Assembly: GCA_965204405.1 (NCBI GenBank)
Contig: CBDBEN010000003.1
Span: forward strand, 487,293 to 511,292
Reading direction: 5' to 3'
Length of the DNA: 24,000 nucleotides
Source of the DNA: Geminicoccaceae bacterium
Lineage (GTDB): Bacteria > Pseudomonadota > Alphaproteobacteria > Geminicoccales > Geminicoccaceae
Positions 6,429 to 13,503 of the stretch are shown piece after piece. The number at the start of each line of letters is the position of its first letter. Positions within the stretch are counted from its first letter, which is position 1. Under the pieces are notes generated by a model. The model was not told where the DNA came from. It saw only the letters and a program-made list of their open reading frames with translations, and searched no databases. The translations under genes were made by a program, and so were the position numbers.

Positions 6429-8558
6429 ATGGCTAAGATTCACTCGATCGAAGATAGGCTGAACCGACGGCGGGAGATCGATGGCACTGCGCTCCTGACC
6501 ACCGACACGAGAAACACGCAGGTTGCATTTCGCGAGGTAATCGAAGCCGCTGTAGATGCAATCGTAGTGCATCGCGATGGTTATATTCTCTACGCCAACC
6601 CAGCCGCCATCGATCGGTTTCAGGCGCGCGACCTCGAGGAGCTGCAGCAGCATCCTTTGCTGGAATTCATCCTTGCTGCGGATCGCCCGGCTATCATCAA
6701 AGCGCTTGCCGACCTCGACGACACCAATAATGGATCACGAGTTGTCGGCTATCGGTGCATGACTCTGGGTGGCGAGGTCCGGGATATCGAGACCGTTGCC
6801 GTCAAGATACCCTGGGAGCGCGGCCCTGCAATCTTGAATATCTGCCGGGATATGACCGAACGCAACCGCACGGCAGAAGCACTCAAGGAAAGCGAAGCTC
6901 GATACTACAATTTGATCACCTATTCGCCAGAGGCGACGATCGCGATCTGCAATAACACCATTGTCGTTGCCAATGATGCAGCAGCAAGGCTTCTCGATGC
7001 TGCAAGCCCAAGTGATCTCATCGGCATGCCGCTTCGCAAGATCTACGACGACGACACAGCGGCCGAGATTGCCGGGCGTATCCAGGATGTCGCGCGCGGA
7101 CGCAGCGCTGCAACGACCAGATCAGATCGGATGTGCCGTCTCGACGGCACGGAAATTGACGTTGAGTGCACCTGGATCCCGTTCACCTATGAACGTCAAC
7201 CCGCGACCTATGCATTGATTCGGGACGTCACGGAGCAGAGGCGCTCAGAGGAATTGCACCGCTTTCTGGCCAGCCATGATCCGTTGACCCAGCTACCGAA
7301 CCGATATGATTTTCACCAGCGTATGAAAGCAGCTCTGCGTACAGGGCGACCTTTTGCCGTTCACTATCTTGACCTCGATTGCTTCAAGAGCATCAACGAC
7401 ACCTTGGGGCACGCCATCGGCGACCAGCTTCTTCAAACGATGGCCGAGCGCCTCCGGGGCATTGTCCGCAGGGGTGACGTCGTGGCTCGACTGGGTGGTG
7501 ACGAATTTGCCATCCTGCAGGTAGATTTGAATGATCCATGTGATGCCCGACAGGTTGCGGCAAAGCTACAGAATGCCCTTGGGCAGGTCTGCAGCCTGGC
7601 AGGCCACAGCTTGCAGACATCGGTGAGCATCGGTACTGCCGTCAGCCCGGACCATGGCACCGACCCGGCAGACTTACTAAGAAGGGCAGACTTTGCGCTG
7701 TACGAAGCCAAGGCGCGCGGGCGGAACAGCGTCGGCCTGTTCACAAAGGCGGCGGAGCACCGTCTGAGACAATGCGACTTCCTCGCTGAAGAACTGTCAA
7801 GGCCTGAGACAGAGACGGAGTTCGAGGTCCATTTCCAGCCAATCACGGCGCTAACGAGCGGTGCGATCGTCGGCGCTGAAGCTTTACTGCGGTGGCGGCG
7901 TAGAGGCCAGGGGCTGATCGTTGCCAGCGAATTTATTCAAGAGTTGGAGTCGAGTTGCTACGGACAGCAGACATGTATCTGGGCTCTAAGAGAAGCGTGC
8001 CAGGAGGCACAACGCTTGCAGTCGGCTGGATTTCACGATTTTCGCATGGCCGTTAATTTCTCAATGTCGATGTTGCAGCGACCGGACCTTGCGGAGATTG
8101 TCCTCGACGCTTTGGAGCAGGCCAATCTCGATCCGGCCAAACTTGAGATCGAGATTACAGAGCACATGATTATCAACGCCAACACTACCGACATTTTGCC
8201 GACGTTGGCCGCGCTACGGGATCGTGGCACAAAGGTCGCTCTTGATGATTTCGGAACGGGTTATTCGCGATTGTCACTACTGAAAGAGCTGCCCGTTGAT
8301 CGGATAAAAATCGATCGCTCGTTCATCAACGGGCTCGGCAAACGACCTGAGGACACGGCAATCGCCGAGGCCGTGCTCCACCTTGGCCGTCAGCTCGGGC
8401 TTAAGGTCACCGCCGAAGGTGTTCCTGATCAAGTCTGTTGGGAAAGGCTCAGAGAGCTGAAATGTGATGATGCCCAAGGGTTCTATATCGCCCGCCCGAT
8501 GACCGCTTCCGATCTCAGTGAGCTCTTGATTCAACGGAAAGCAAACGAGCGTACATAA
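6429..8558 (+). CDS. PAS-PAS-GGDEF-EAL c-di-GMP signalling protein (putative bifunctional cyclase/phosphodiesterase)
   Basis: Contains two PAS-like modules (AVDAIVVHRDGYILYANPAA..; SPEATIAICNNTIVVANDAA..). The GGDEF domain has an intact RLGGDEF motif with an RxxD I-site (RRGD) five residues upstream. The EAL domain carries GAEALLRW, EIEITE, DDFGTGYS, KIDRSF, AEGV and QGFYIARP. Confidence 0.9.
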   Translation: MAKIHSIEDRLNRRREIDGTALLTTDTRNTQVAFREVIEAAVDAIVVHRDGYILYANPAAIDRFQARDLEELQQHPLLEFILAADRPAIIKALADLDDTNNGSRVVGYRCMTLGGEVRDIETVAVKIPWERGPAILNICRDMTERNRTAEALKESEARYYNLITYSPEATIAICNNTIVVANDAAARLLDAASPSDLIGMPLRKIYDDDTAAEIAGRIQDVARGRSAATTRSDRMCRLDGTEIDVECTWIPFTYERQPATYALIRDVTEQRRSEELHRFLASHDPLTQLPNRYDFHQRMKAALRTGRPFAVHYLDLDCFKSINDTLGHAIGDQLLQTMAERLRGIVRRGDVVARLGGDEFAILQVDLNDPCDARQVAAKLQNALGQVCSLAGHSLQTSVSIGTAVSPDHGTDPADLLRRADFALYEAKARGRNSVGLFTKAAEHRLRQCDFLAEELSRPETETEFEVHFQPITALTSGAIVGAEALLRWRRRGQGLIVASEFIQELESSCYGQQTCIWALREACQEAQRLQSAGFHDFRMAVNFSMSMLQRPDLAEIVLDALEQANLDPAKLEIEITEHMIINANTTDILPTLAALRDRGTKVALDDFGTGYSRLSLLKELPVDRIKIDRSFINGLGKRPEDTAIAEAVLHLGRQLGLKVTAEGVPDQVCWERLRELKCDDAQGFYIARPMTASDLSELLIQRKANERT

Positions 8559-8943
8559 GAATCCGCTCCAGGGAAATTATAGCGAAAGTGGTGCGTTCAG
8601 GTTGGTGTGTGTCAAGCTGCCGAAAGCGTCCAATAGCGAAGGTTCTGGCGCGGCCTTGTCGCCATAGCTTGATCGGCCGACGAATTTGCCTCACTCATTC
8701 CACCAAAGCTCGCCCTCGGAATCGGACCGTCTGCACTAACATCGTGGGTGAATGACCATAGGGAGCAGGTCACAAGGCCAGCCTGATAAACCGTCACAGT
8801 ATTGATTTTGACATGGGGAGGTCTATGATCTCGGTTGCTTGATGATTCGGTCAAGAGAATGGATATTTTTTTGTCTAAAGCAGAAGAGTAAACAGATAGT
8901 CGGCCATGCTCTAACCCTTTGTTTCTTATATGTGTTTTCAGAT

Positions 8944-9018
8944 GCGGGTGTAGCTCAGTGGTAGAGCAGTAGCTTCCCAAGCTACGTGTCGTGAGTTCGA
9001 TTCTCATCACCCGCTCCA
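8944..9018 (+). tRNA. tRNA-Gly (anticodon CCC), CCA encoded
   Basis: Manual cloverleaf: acceptor GCGGGTG/CACCCGC, D arm GCTC-AGTGGTA-GAGC, anticodon arm GTAGC-TTCCCAA-GCTAC (anticodon CCC), variable loop GTGTC, T arm GTGAG-TTCGATT-CTCAT, then discriminator T and CCA. Confidence 0.93.
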
Positions 9019-9162
9019 AACATTTCAAAGAGTTAGCAATCTATCTAGAAAAGGGCGTGTTTCCGGGGCAGCAGATGGGGCAGCAATTGAGCTGTTCTTA
9101 GCGAGCTTCCCACGTTCGTGTATCCCTGTTACAGCCCGCAATGGGATTTCGGACGGTGCGCC

Positions 9163-9255
9163 ATGAGACTGCCAACCGTCATCGCCCTGGCCTTCGCCAG
9201 CCTCGCTACCAGCTTCCTATTCGGCCTCATCGCAGTGGGGCGCTACTGCATCTGA
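9163..9255 (+). CDS. Possible 30-aa hydrophobic peptide (MRLPTVIALAFASLATSFLFGLIAVGRYCI)
   Basis: An ATG-to-TGA ORF below the ORF-track cutoff. It has a single predicted TM helix, and 25 of 30 third codon positions are G or C, as in real genes of this replicon. The Shine-Dalgarno is weak. It could equally be the orphaned signal peptide of a deleted gene. Confidence 0.2.
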   Translation: MRLPTVIALAFASLATSFLFGLIAVGRYCI

Positions 9256-9411
9256 TCAAGCTCGATCCCAAGAAATTTCGAATGCATCCCGATCGCTGCC
9301 GACACCCCGGATGTCCAATCTCTCGCTGCAATGCCGGCAGGGACGAGGCTCTGGAAGTTTGCCGCCGACGCCCCTCATGCCGGACTTTCCGCGATGATGA
9401 AGCTCAGTTCT

Positions 9412-9929
9412 TCATCTCCACAGCTCCGCGACGTCATGATCGATCTCCCCAAGCTTCTCAAATAAAGCAATCATCTCCGCATCATGAACCGTCAGCCCGG
9501 CATACGGCAGCCGATCTTCAAGGCGCTGATAGGTGCTTTGACGCATGCCAAGCGGCCTGCCATCTCCAACGATCTGTTCGAACTTCTTTTTTTCAGAATT
9601 CGCCTCTCCGGATTCTTCGCAGCGCCACGCCCGGATGTAAGCAGGCACTCATAGGTATAGCCGGCGCAAGTCATGCCTGACCGAAGACCCTGGTGCTCGG
9701 GATGCTGATAGACGGCCGCAACGCGCTTGCCGCATTCACAGACCCAGAAATGTCGATTGGTGCAGCCGCCTCCTGATATGATTTCCAGGCGTGTCGTCGG
9801 GCAAATCAGAGGATCGCCGTCTTGGTGTCCCGGCTCGCGCCACATCTCATCGGCAAGCGCGCCTAGCCCGGCGTTGAGCATGCGCACGCCTGATGCTTTG
9901 ACCGTCGATCCATCAGGAGCACGAAACAA
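9412..9929 (-). pseudogene. Frameshifted conserved hypothetical Zn-ribbon protein (mobile-element associated)
   Basis: The upstream frame (9929->9492) gives ...GGGCTNRHFWVCECGKRVAAVYQHPE...MTCAGYTYEC. The downstream frame (9648->9412) gives PAYIRAWRCEE...GRPLGMRQSTYQRLEDRL.... Joined together they follow the pattern R-WF-CP-CGRRVA-LY...CR-C--L-Y-SQ...R-W...P-GM---TY-RL that I recall from a widespread hypothetical family. Joining them requires a frame change near 9640-9650. Confidence 0.55.
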
Positions 9930-10255
9930 AGGCGAGACTCAATTCCACGCTGTACGGTGCCGCTTATAGGGTATGCGTGCATCTCGGAAGTCTGGCCGCT
10001 GGGGTTTAGAGTTGCTCCAGCCTCTCGGCCTAGGGCCGCCATGCATGCGTTTTTTACTCCACACTGCTTCACTGCCTGGCCTCCCTAACGACACATGAGC
10101 ACTGCACCTAGTTTGCCATTGCAATGCTGCATTCCGATGCCGTCCCTGTTCTACCAACAATCTGCCAAACTGGAGGCCAAAGTCTCCTCAAGGGCAAGCG
10201 TTACGAGCTTCCGCTTTTCCGCTGTTACCGGGAACAAGCCTATTTTCAGCAGTGT

Positions 10256-10428
10256 GCCGATTGTGATGAAAAAGTCGAAGCGAATACCTGACGAAGAATT
10301 TTTTTAGAGTGGCATTCTTCAGAACCGGCATCTCGGAAATCAAATTCCAAGAATATGCTGTTATTGGAACTCGTTTCTAAACCCTGAGAGCATATTTGGG
10401 CGGCTCCGACTTTTTCATCAAAATCGGC
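10256..10428. repeat. 173-bp element bounded by 26-bp imperfect inverted repeats (MITE-like or large hairpin)
   Basis: GCCGATTGTGATGAAAAAGTCGAAGC (10256-10281) matches the reverse complement of 10403-10428 (GCCGATTTTGATGAAAAAGTCGGAGC) at 24 of 26 positions. The AT-rich interior holds a 7-bp stem, GAAGAAT..ATTCTTC. The right arm abuts copy A of the 185-bp repeat. Confidence 0.7.
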
Positions 10429-10610
10429 CAGGTCCGGTAGGAAGGACAGCTCGCTGGTGTGGCTGGTTCTAGTTTCGAGAGCGGCCATTCGAGTGGGATC
10501 GGCAATCACACTCTTGCCTGCGAAAAGTAAGATCGCCGGCGCGAGGGGCTGCTTCGTGATCCGCATTTCTCCCGCTACGGAAAGCAAGCCCGCACTCACA
10601 CTTCGTGCCA
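10426..10610 (+). repeat. ~185-bp dispersed repeat, copy A
   Basis: Aligns without gaps to copies B and C (core CCGGTAGGAAGGACAG...GATCGCCGG...GATCCGCAT..CGTGCC). I counted 15 mismatches to copy B over about 178 nt. All three copies have the same orientation. Confidence 0.9.
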
Positions 10611-10971
10611 TTTCCGGCCGCGAGGTTACGTGCTGATATGAAAGTTATGGATCTGCATAGAGATGTCATGTGAAGAGGATTGCAAAGTTCCCACGAGGCC
10701 ATACATCAAGATGATGCGTGTTGAGATGAGAGGTAACAGTAGTGGCGACCTTAATGGCGTTCTTGTTGGTCCCATTGACTCTTCTGTGCCTAGCTGCTGC
10801 GCTCTCGGCATTACGTATTACCAAACTCAATATCTGGGACACGATGTTAAGTGCAGCAAGAGGCCTGTACGCATGGAGCCTTATTGAATTGACGGTGGCT
10901 TTGACATTGGTCGTGGCTATCGGATTTATACGATAATTCATGTCCTTGACAATTTCTTGCTGTCTCAAATG

Positions 10972-11155
10972 GGTCAAGCCCGGTAGGAAGGACAGTTCGC
11001 TGGCGTGGCTGGCTCTGGTTGCGAGAGCGGCCATTCGAGCGGGATCGGCAATCATACTCTTGCCTGCGAAAAGTAAGATCGCCGGTACGAAGCGCTGCTT
11101 CGTGATCCGCATCTCTGCCGCTACGGAAAGCAAGCCCGCGCTTACACTTCGTGCC
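10972..11155 (+). repeat. ~185-bp dispersed repeat, copy B (interrupted by IS; tail resumes at 12742-12753)
   Basis: About 95% identical to copy C over the first ~150 nt. It ends at ..CTTCGTGCC, where the IS begins. The sequence after the IS (AAGAGAAGACAC, 12742-12753) matches the continuation of copy C (AAGAACAGACGC). Confidence 0.9.
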
Positions 11156-12737
11156 GATTTTGTTGATTTAGTCGTTTGTTTTTGAGCAGGCGTCGCTCGA
11201 CGTGAGGCGAAGTCATGGGCTTGGCGCCGGGCTTCCACCCAGTTTTTTTACGTCTTCGCATCCATAATCGCTCAAATCTCCTTTGTTGTTATGCCAAAGC
11301 TGCGGTTGGTTCGAGTTTCGGTCTGAGCTTGGCGAGTTTTCGGAGGTTCTGAGCGGTGGCGGCGAGGAGAAATTCATCGCTGGCACCGCACGGTCCGCGT
11401 AGCCGAAGCCGGCCGAGCTTGAGAATGCGTTTCAAATGGGCGAACAGCATCTCGACCTTCTTGCGATCCTTTCTTGAGGCTTCGCCGGCATCAGTCTCGG
11501 CGATCGCTCGCGCCATGTCTTTTGCACGTTCATGAACGGAGCGAGGGATTTTGCGAGCGGGCGCTTTCGGGCAGCATTCAGCTTTCAACGGGCAGGCCGA
11601 ACAATCCGCATTGCTCGCACGGTACAGCATGGTGGCACCGTCGTTCACCAGCGTTCCTGTGGTGGTCAGCACCTTGTTGTCAGGACAGATGTAAACGTCG
11701 TCCTCCTGATCATAGAAAAAGTCGCTGCGCGAGAAGGTTCCATCCTTGCGCTCGGACTTGTCGATGATCGCGACATGCGGCTCGATCCCTCGCTCTTCCA
11801 CCAACCAGCCAACCATCTCCGCAGCACCGTAAGCGCTGTCGCCGGCAAGACGTTCTGGGTAGAGATCGAAGCGATCGTTCACCCGTTCGATCATGGTGCG
11901 GGCTGCGCCGACCTCGGCCTGGCGGATCGTCCGTGTCGCTTCGACATCGACGATGATGGCGTTGTCGGTGTCGATTAGATAGTTGGTGGCGTAAGCGAAG
12001 AATGCAGGACCACGATGAGCCCCAGTCCACTGAGCGCCAGGGTCTGATGGCGAGACGAACTTCGGCACGACCTCGCTCGCCGCACCAAAGGCGGCATCAT
12101 CGAGTGTCGAGAGATAGTCTTTCACCGCCTGCAGCGCATCCGGTGGAAGGTCGGCAGGATCCCACTCCTTGCCTGGGATAGAACGTTGCTTGTTGGCATC
12201 AGCCTGGATCAGGCTGGCATCGACGGCGAACCCTTCGCCGCCGACAAGCCCTTCGTCGATGCAGCACTGCACCATCTTCTCGAACACGCGTCGAAGAAGA
12301 TCACTCTCTCGAAAACGGCCATGACGATTACGCGAAAACGTCGAATGATCCGGCACCTTGCCATCCAGACCGAGGCCTGCAAACCATCGATAAGCGAGGT
12401 TCAGATGAACCTCCTCGCATAGGCGCCGCTCGGAGCGGATACCGAGACAATAGCCGATGATCAGCATCCGGATCATCAGCTCAGGATCGATCGAAGGCCG
12501 ACCGATCGAGCTATAATAAGGCTTCAAATCCTGCCTGATGCTCTCGAGATCGACGAAAACATCGATCTGGCGAAGAAGGTGATCTGCAGGGACATGCTCA
12601 TCGAGGCTAAAATCGTAAAAGAGACGCGCCGGTGACGCCTGCCTGCCCATCATCGTTCCGTTCTCCCAAACGCTCTGCTGAGAAGAACGAATCACTTCGG
12701 ACTGGCGCAGTCAATAACCGACTAAATCAACAAAATC
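11156..12737 (-). mobile_element. Complete insertion sequence, IS1182/IS5-superfamily type (1582 bp)
   Basis: Perfect 19-bp terminal inverted repeats: GATTTTGTTGATTTAGTCG at 11156-11174 and its reverse complement at 12719-12737. It is flanked by the 4-bp direct repeat TGCC (11152-11155 and 12738-12741). It carries a single intact transposase ORF. Uninterrupted copies of the target sequence are present in the same window. Confidence 0.9.
11289..12653 (-). CDS. DDE transposase (IS1182 / IS5-like family)
   Basis: The N-terminus ARLFYDFSLDEHVPADHLLRQID...IGRPSIDPELMIRMLIIGYCLGIRSERRL is InsH-type. The C-terminus FAHLKRILKLGRLRLRGPCGASDEFLLAATAQNLRKLAKL is typical of this group. The likely start is the ATGATG at 12653/12650, downstream of GGGAGA. 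The track ORF start at 12695 is probably an upstream extension. Confidence 0.85.
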   Translation of the reverse strand: MMGRQASPARLFYDFSLDEHVPADHLLRQIDVFVDLESIRQDLKPYYSSIGRPSIDPELMIRMLIIGYCLGIRSERRLCEEVHLNLAYRWFAGLGLDGKVPDHSTFSRNRHGRFRESDLLRRVFEKMVQCCIDEGLVGGEGFAVDASLIQADANKQRSIPGKEWDPADLPPDALQAVKDYLSTLDDAAFGAASEVVPKFVSPSDPGAQWTGAHRGPAFFAYATNYLIDTDNAIIVDVEATRTIRQAEVGAARTMIERVNDRFDLYPERLAGDSAYGAAEMVGWLVEERGIEPHVAIIDKSERKDGTFSRSDFFYDQEDDVYICPDNKVLTTTGTLVNDGATMLYRASNADCSACPLKAECCPKAPARKIPRSVHERAKDMARAIAETDAGEASRKDRKKVEMLFAHLKRILKLGRLRLRGPCGASDEFLLAATAQNLRKLAKLRPKLEPTAALA

Positions 12738-12768
12738 TGCCAAGAGAAGACACCAGCGAAGCTGCGGC

Positions 12769-13503
12769 TCAGGCAAGCCCGGTGATCATGGACACGATTT
12801 CGTTGCGGTCCGTTTCGGGCGTCCTGCGTATGCCAATCTGGGTGCCACGGCGTAGAACGGCGATCCGGTCGGCGAGACGGAAGACTTGATCGAGGCTGTG
12901 GCTGATCATCAGGATCGCGAGATCGCGCGCTTTAAGCGCGGCGATAATGGCCTCGACCTTGGCGGTTTCGGCAACACCAAGGGCGGCCGTCGGCTCGTCG
13001 AGCAGGACCAACTTGGTCGCCCAATGGGTAGCGCGGGCGATCGCAATGCCCTGACGCTGTCCGCCGGACAAATCGCGGATGGTTGCGCGGGCCGAGGGAA
13101 TGCGAACGTCGAGCTCTTCCACAAGCGCTTCCGTCTCGGCGATCATGCGTTTTCGATCGAGGCGCCTTAGCGGGCCGGTCACCAGCTCCCGGCCGAGAAA
13201 CATGTTCATGTAAACCGGCTGTTGATCCGCAAGCGCCAGATCCTGATAGACCACCTCGACGCCACGCGCACGGGCCGAGCTGGCATCGGCCATGGTCACG
13301 GCCTCGCCCGATAGGCGGATGGTGCCGTCACTCGGCGGAAAGACGCCGGAGATCATCTTGACCAAGGTCGATTTGCCGGCCCCGTTGTCACCGACCAGGG
13401 CGACGATCTCACCGGGATGAAGCTGCAGTGAAAAATCATCGACGGCGACGATGCCGCCGAAGATTTTTCGAACATGCTCGAGTTCGAGGGCTGGCTGGCT
13501 CAT
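12769..13503 (-). CDS. ABC transporter ATP-binding protein, single nucleotide-binding domain (sugar/CUT2-like)
   Basis: Walker A GDNGAGKST, signature LSGGQRQ, Walker B LVLLDEPTAAL and H-loop ISHSL are all present. The real start is MSQPALELEHVRKIF (ATG 13503-13501), which forms an ATGA overlap with the upstream gene's stop. The 390-aa track ORF is an out-of-gene extension. Confidence 0.9.
   Translation of the reverse strand: MSQPALELEHVRKIFGGIVAVDDFSLQLHPGEIVALVGDNGAGKSTLVKMISGVFPPSDGTIRLSGEAVTMADASSARARGVEVVYQDLALADQQPVYMNMFLGRELVTGPLRRLDRKRMIAETEALVEELDVRIPSARATIRDLSGGQRQGIAIARATHWATKLVLLDEPTAALGVAETAKVEAIIAALKARDLAILMISHSLDQVFRLADRIAVLRRGTQIGIRRTPETDRNEIVSMITGLA

Noticed and set aside
8225..8240. 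TGGCAC-N5-TCGC, an RpoN (-24/-12)-like string.
   Set aside because: It lies inside the EAL-domain coding sequence with no downstream gene start, and the -12 element is imperfect. Other TGGCAC occurrences in the window lack any TTGC at the right spacing.
8611..8628. GTCAAGCTGCCGAAAGCG, an ungapped 12 of 17 match to the tts-box core, including CGAAAGC.
   Set aside because: There is no protein gene downstream on that strand; the next feature is the tRNA 330 nt away. There is no C-rich extension either, and a match of this quality is expected by chance in 24 kb.
8612..9028. 138-aa minus-strand ORF.
   Set aside because: It runs antisense straight through the tRNA-Gly gene and an AT-rich spacer, so it is a shadow ORF.
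10742..10936. 64-aa plus-strand ORF with two hydrophobic segments (..AWSLIELTVALTLVVAIGFIR), vaguely pilin-like.
   Set aside because: It uses a GTG start without a Shine-Dalgarno. The spacing does not fit a prepilin G/F-T-L-I-E or Flp G/XXXXEY site. An ORF of similar length overlaps it on the opposite strand, and codon bias does not discriminate between them.
10666..11238. 190-aa minus-strand ORF from the track.
   Set aside because: It is a chimera that reads through the IS terminal repeat (from 11156), through repeat copy B and into unrelated low-GC DNA. The repeat portion shows no purifying selection between copies.
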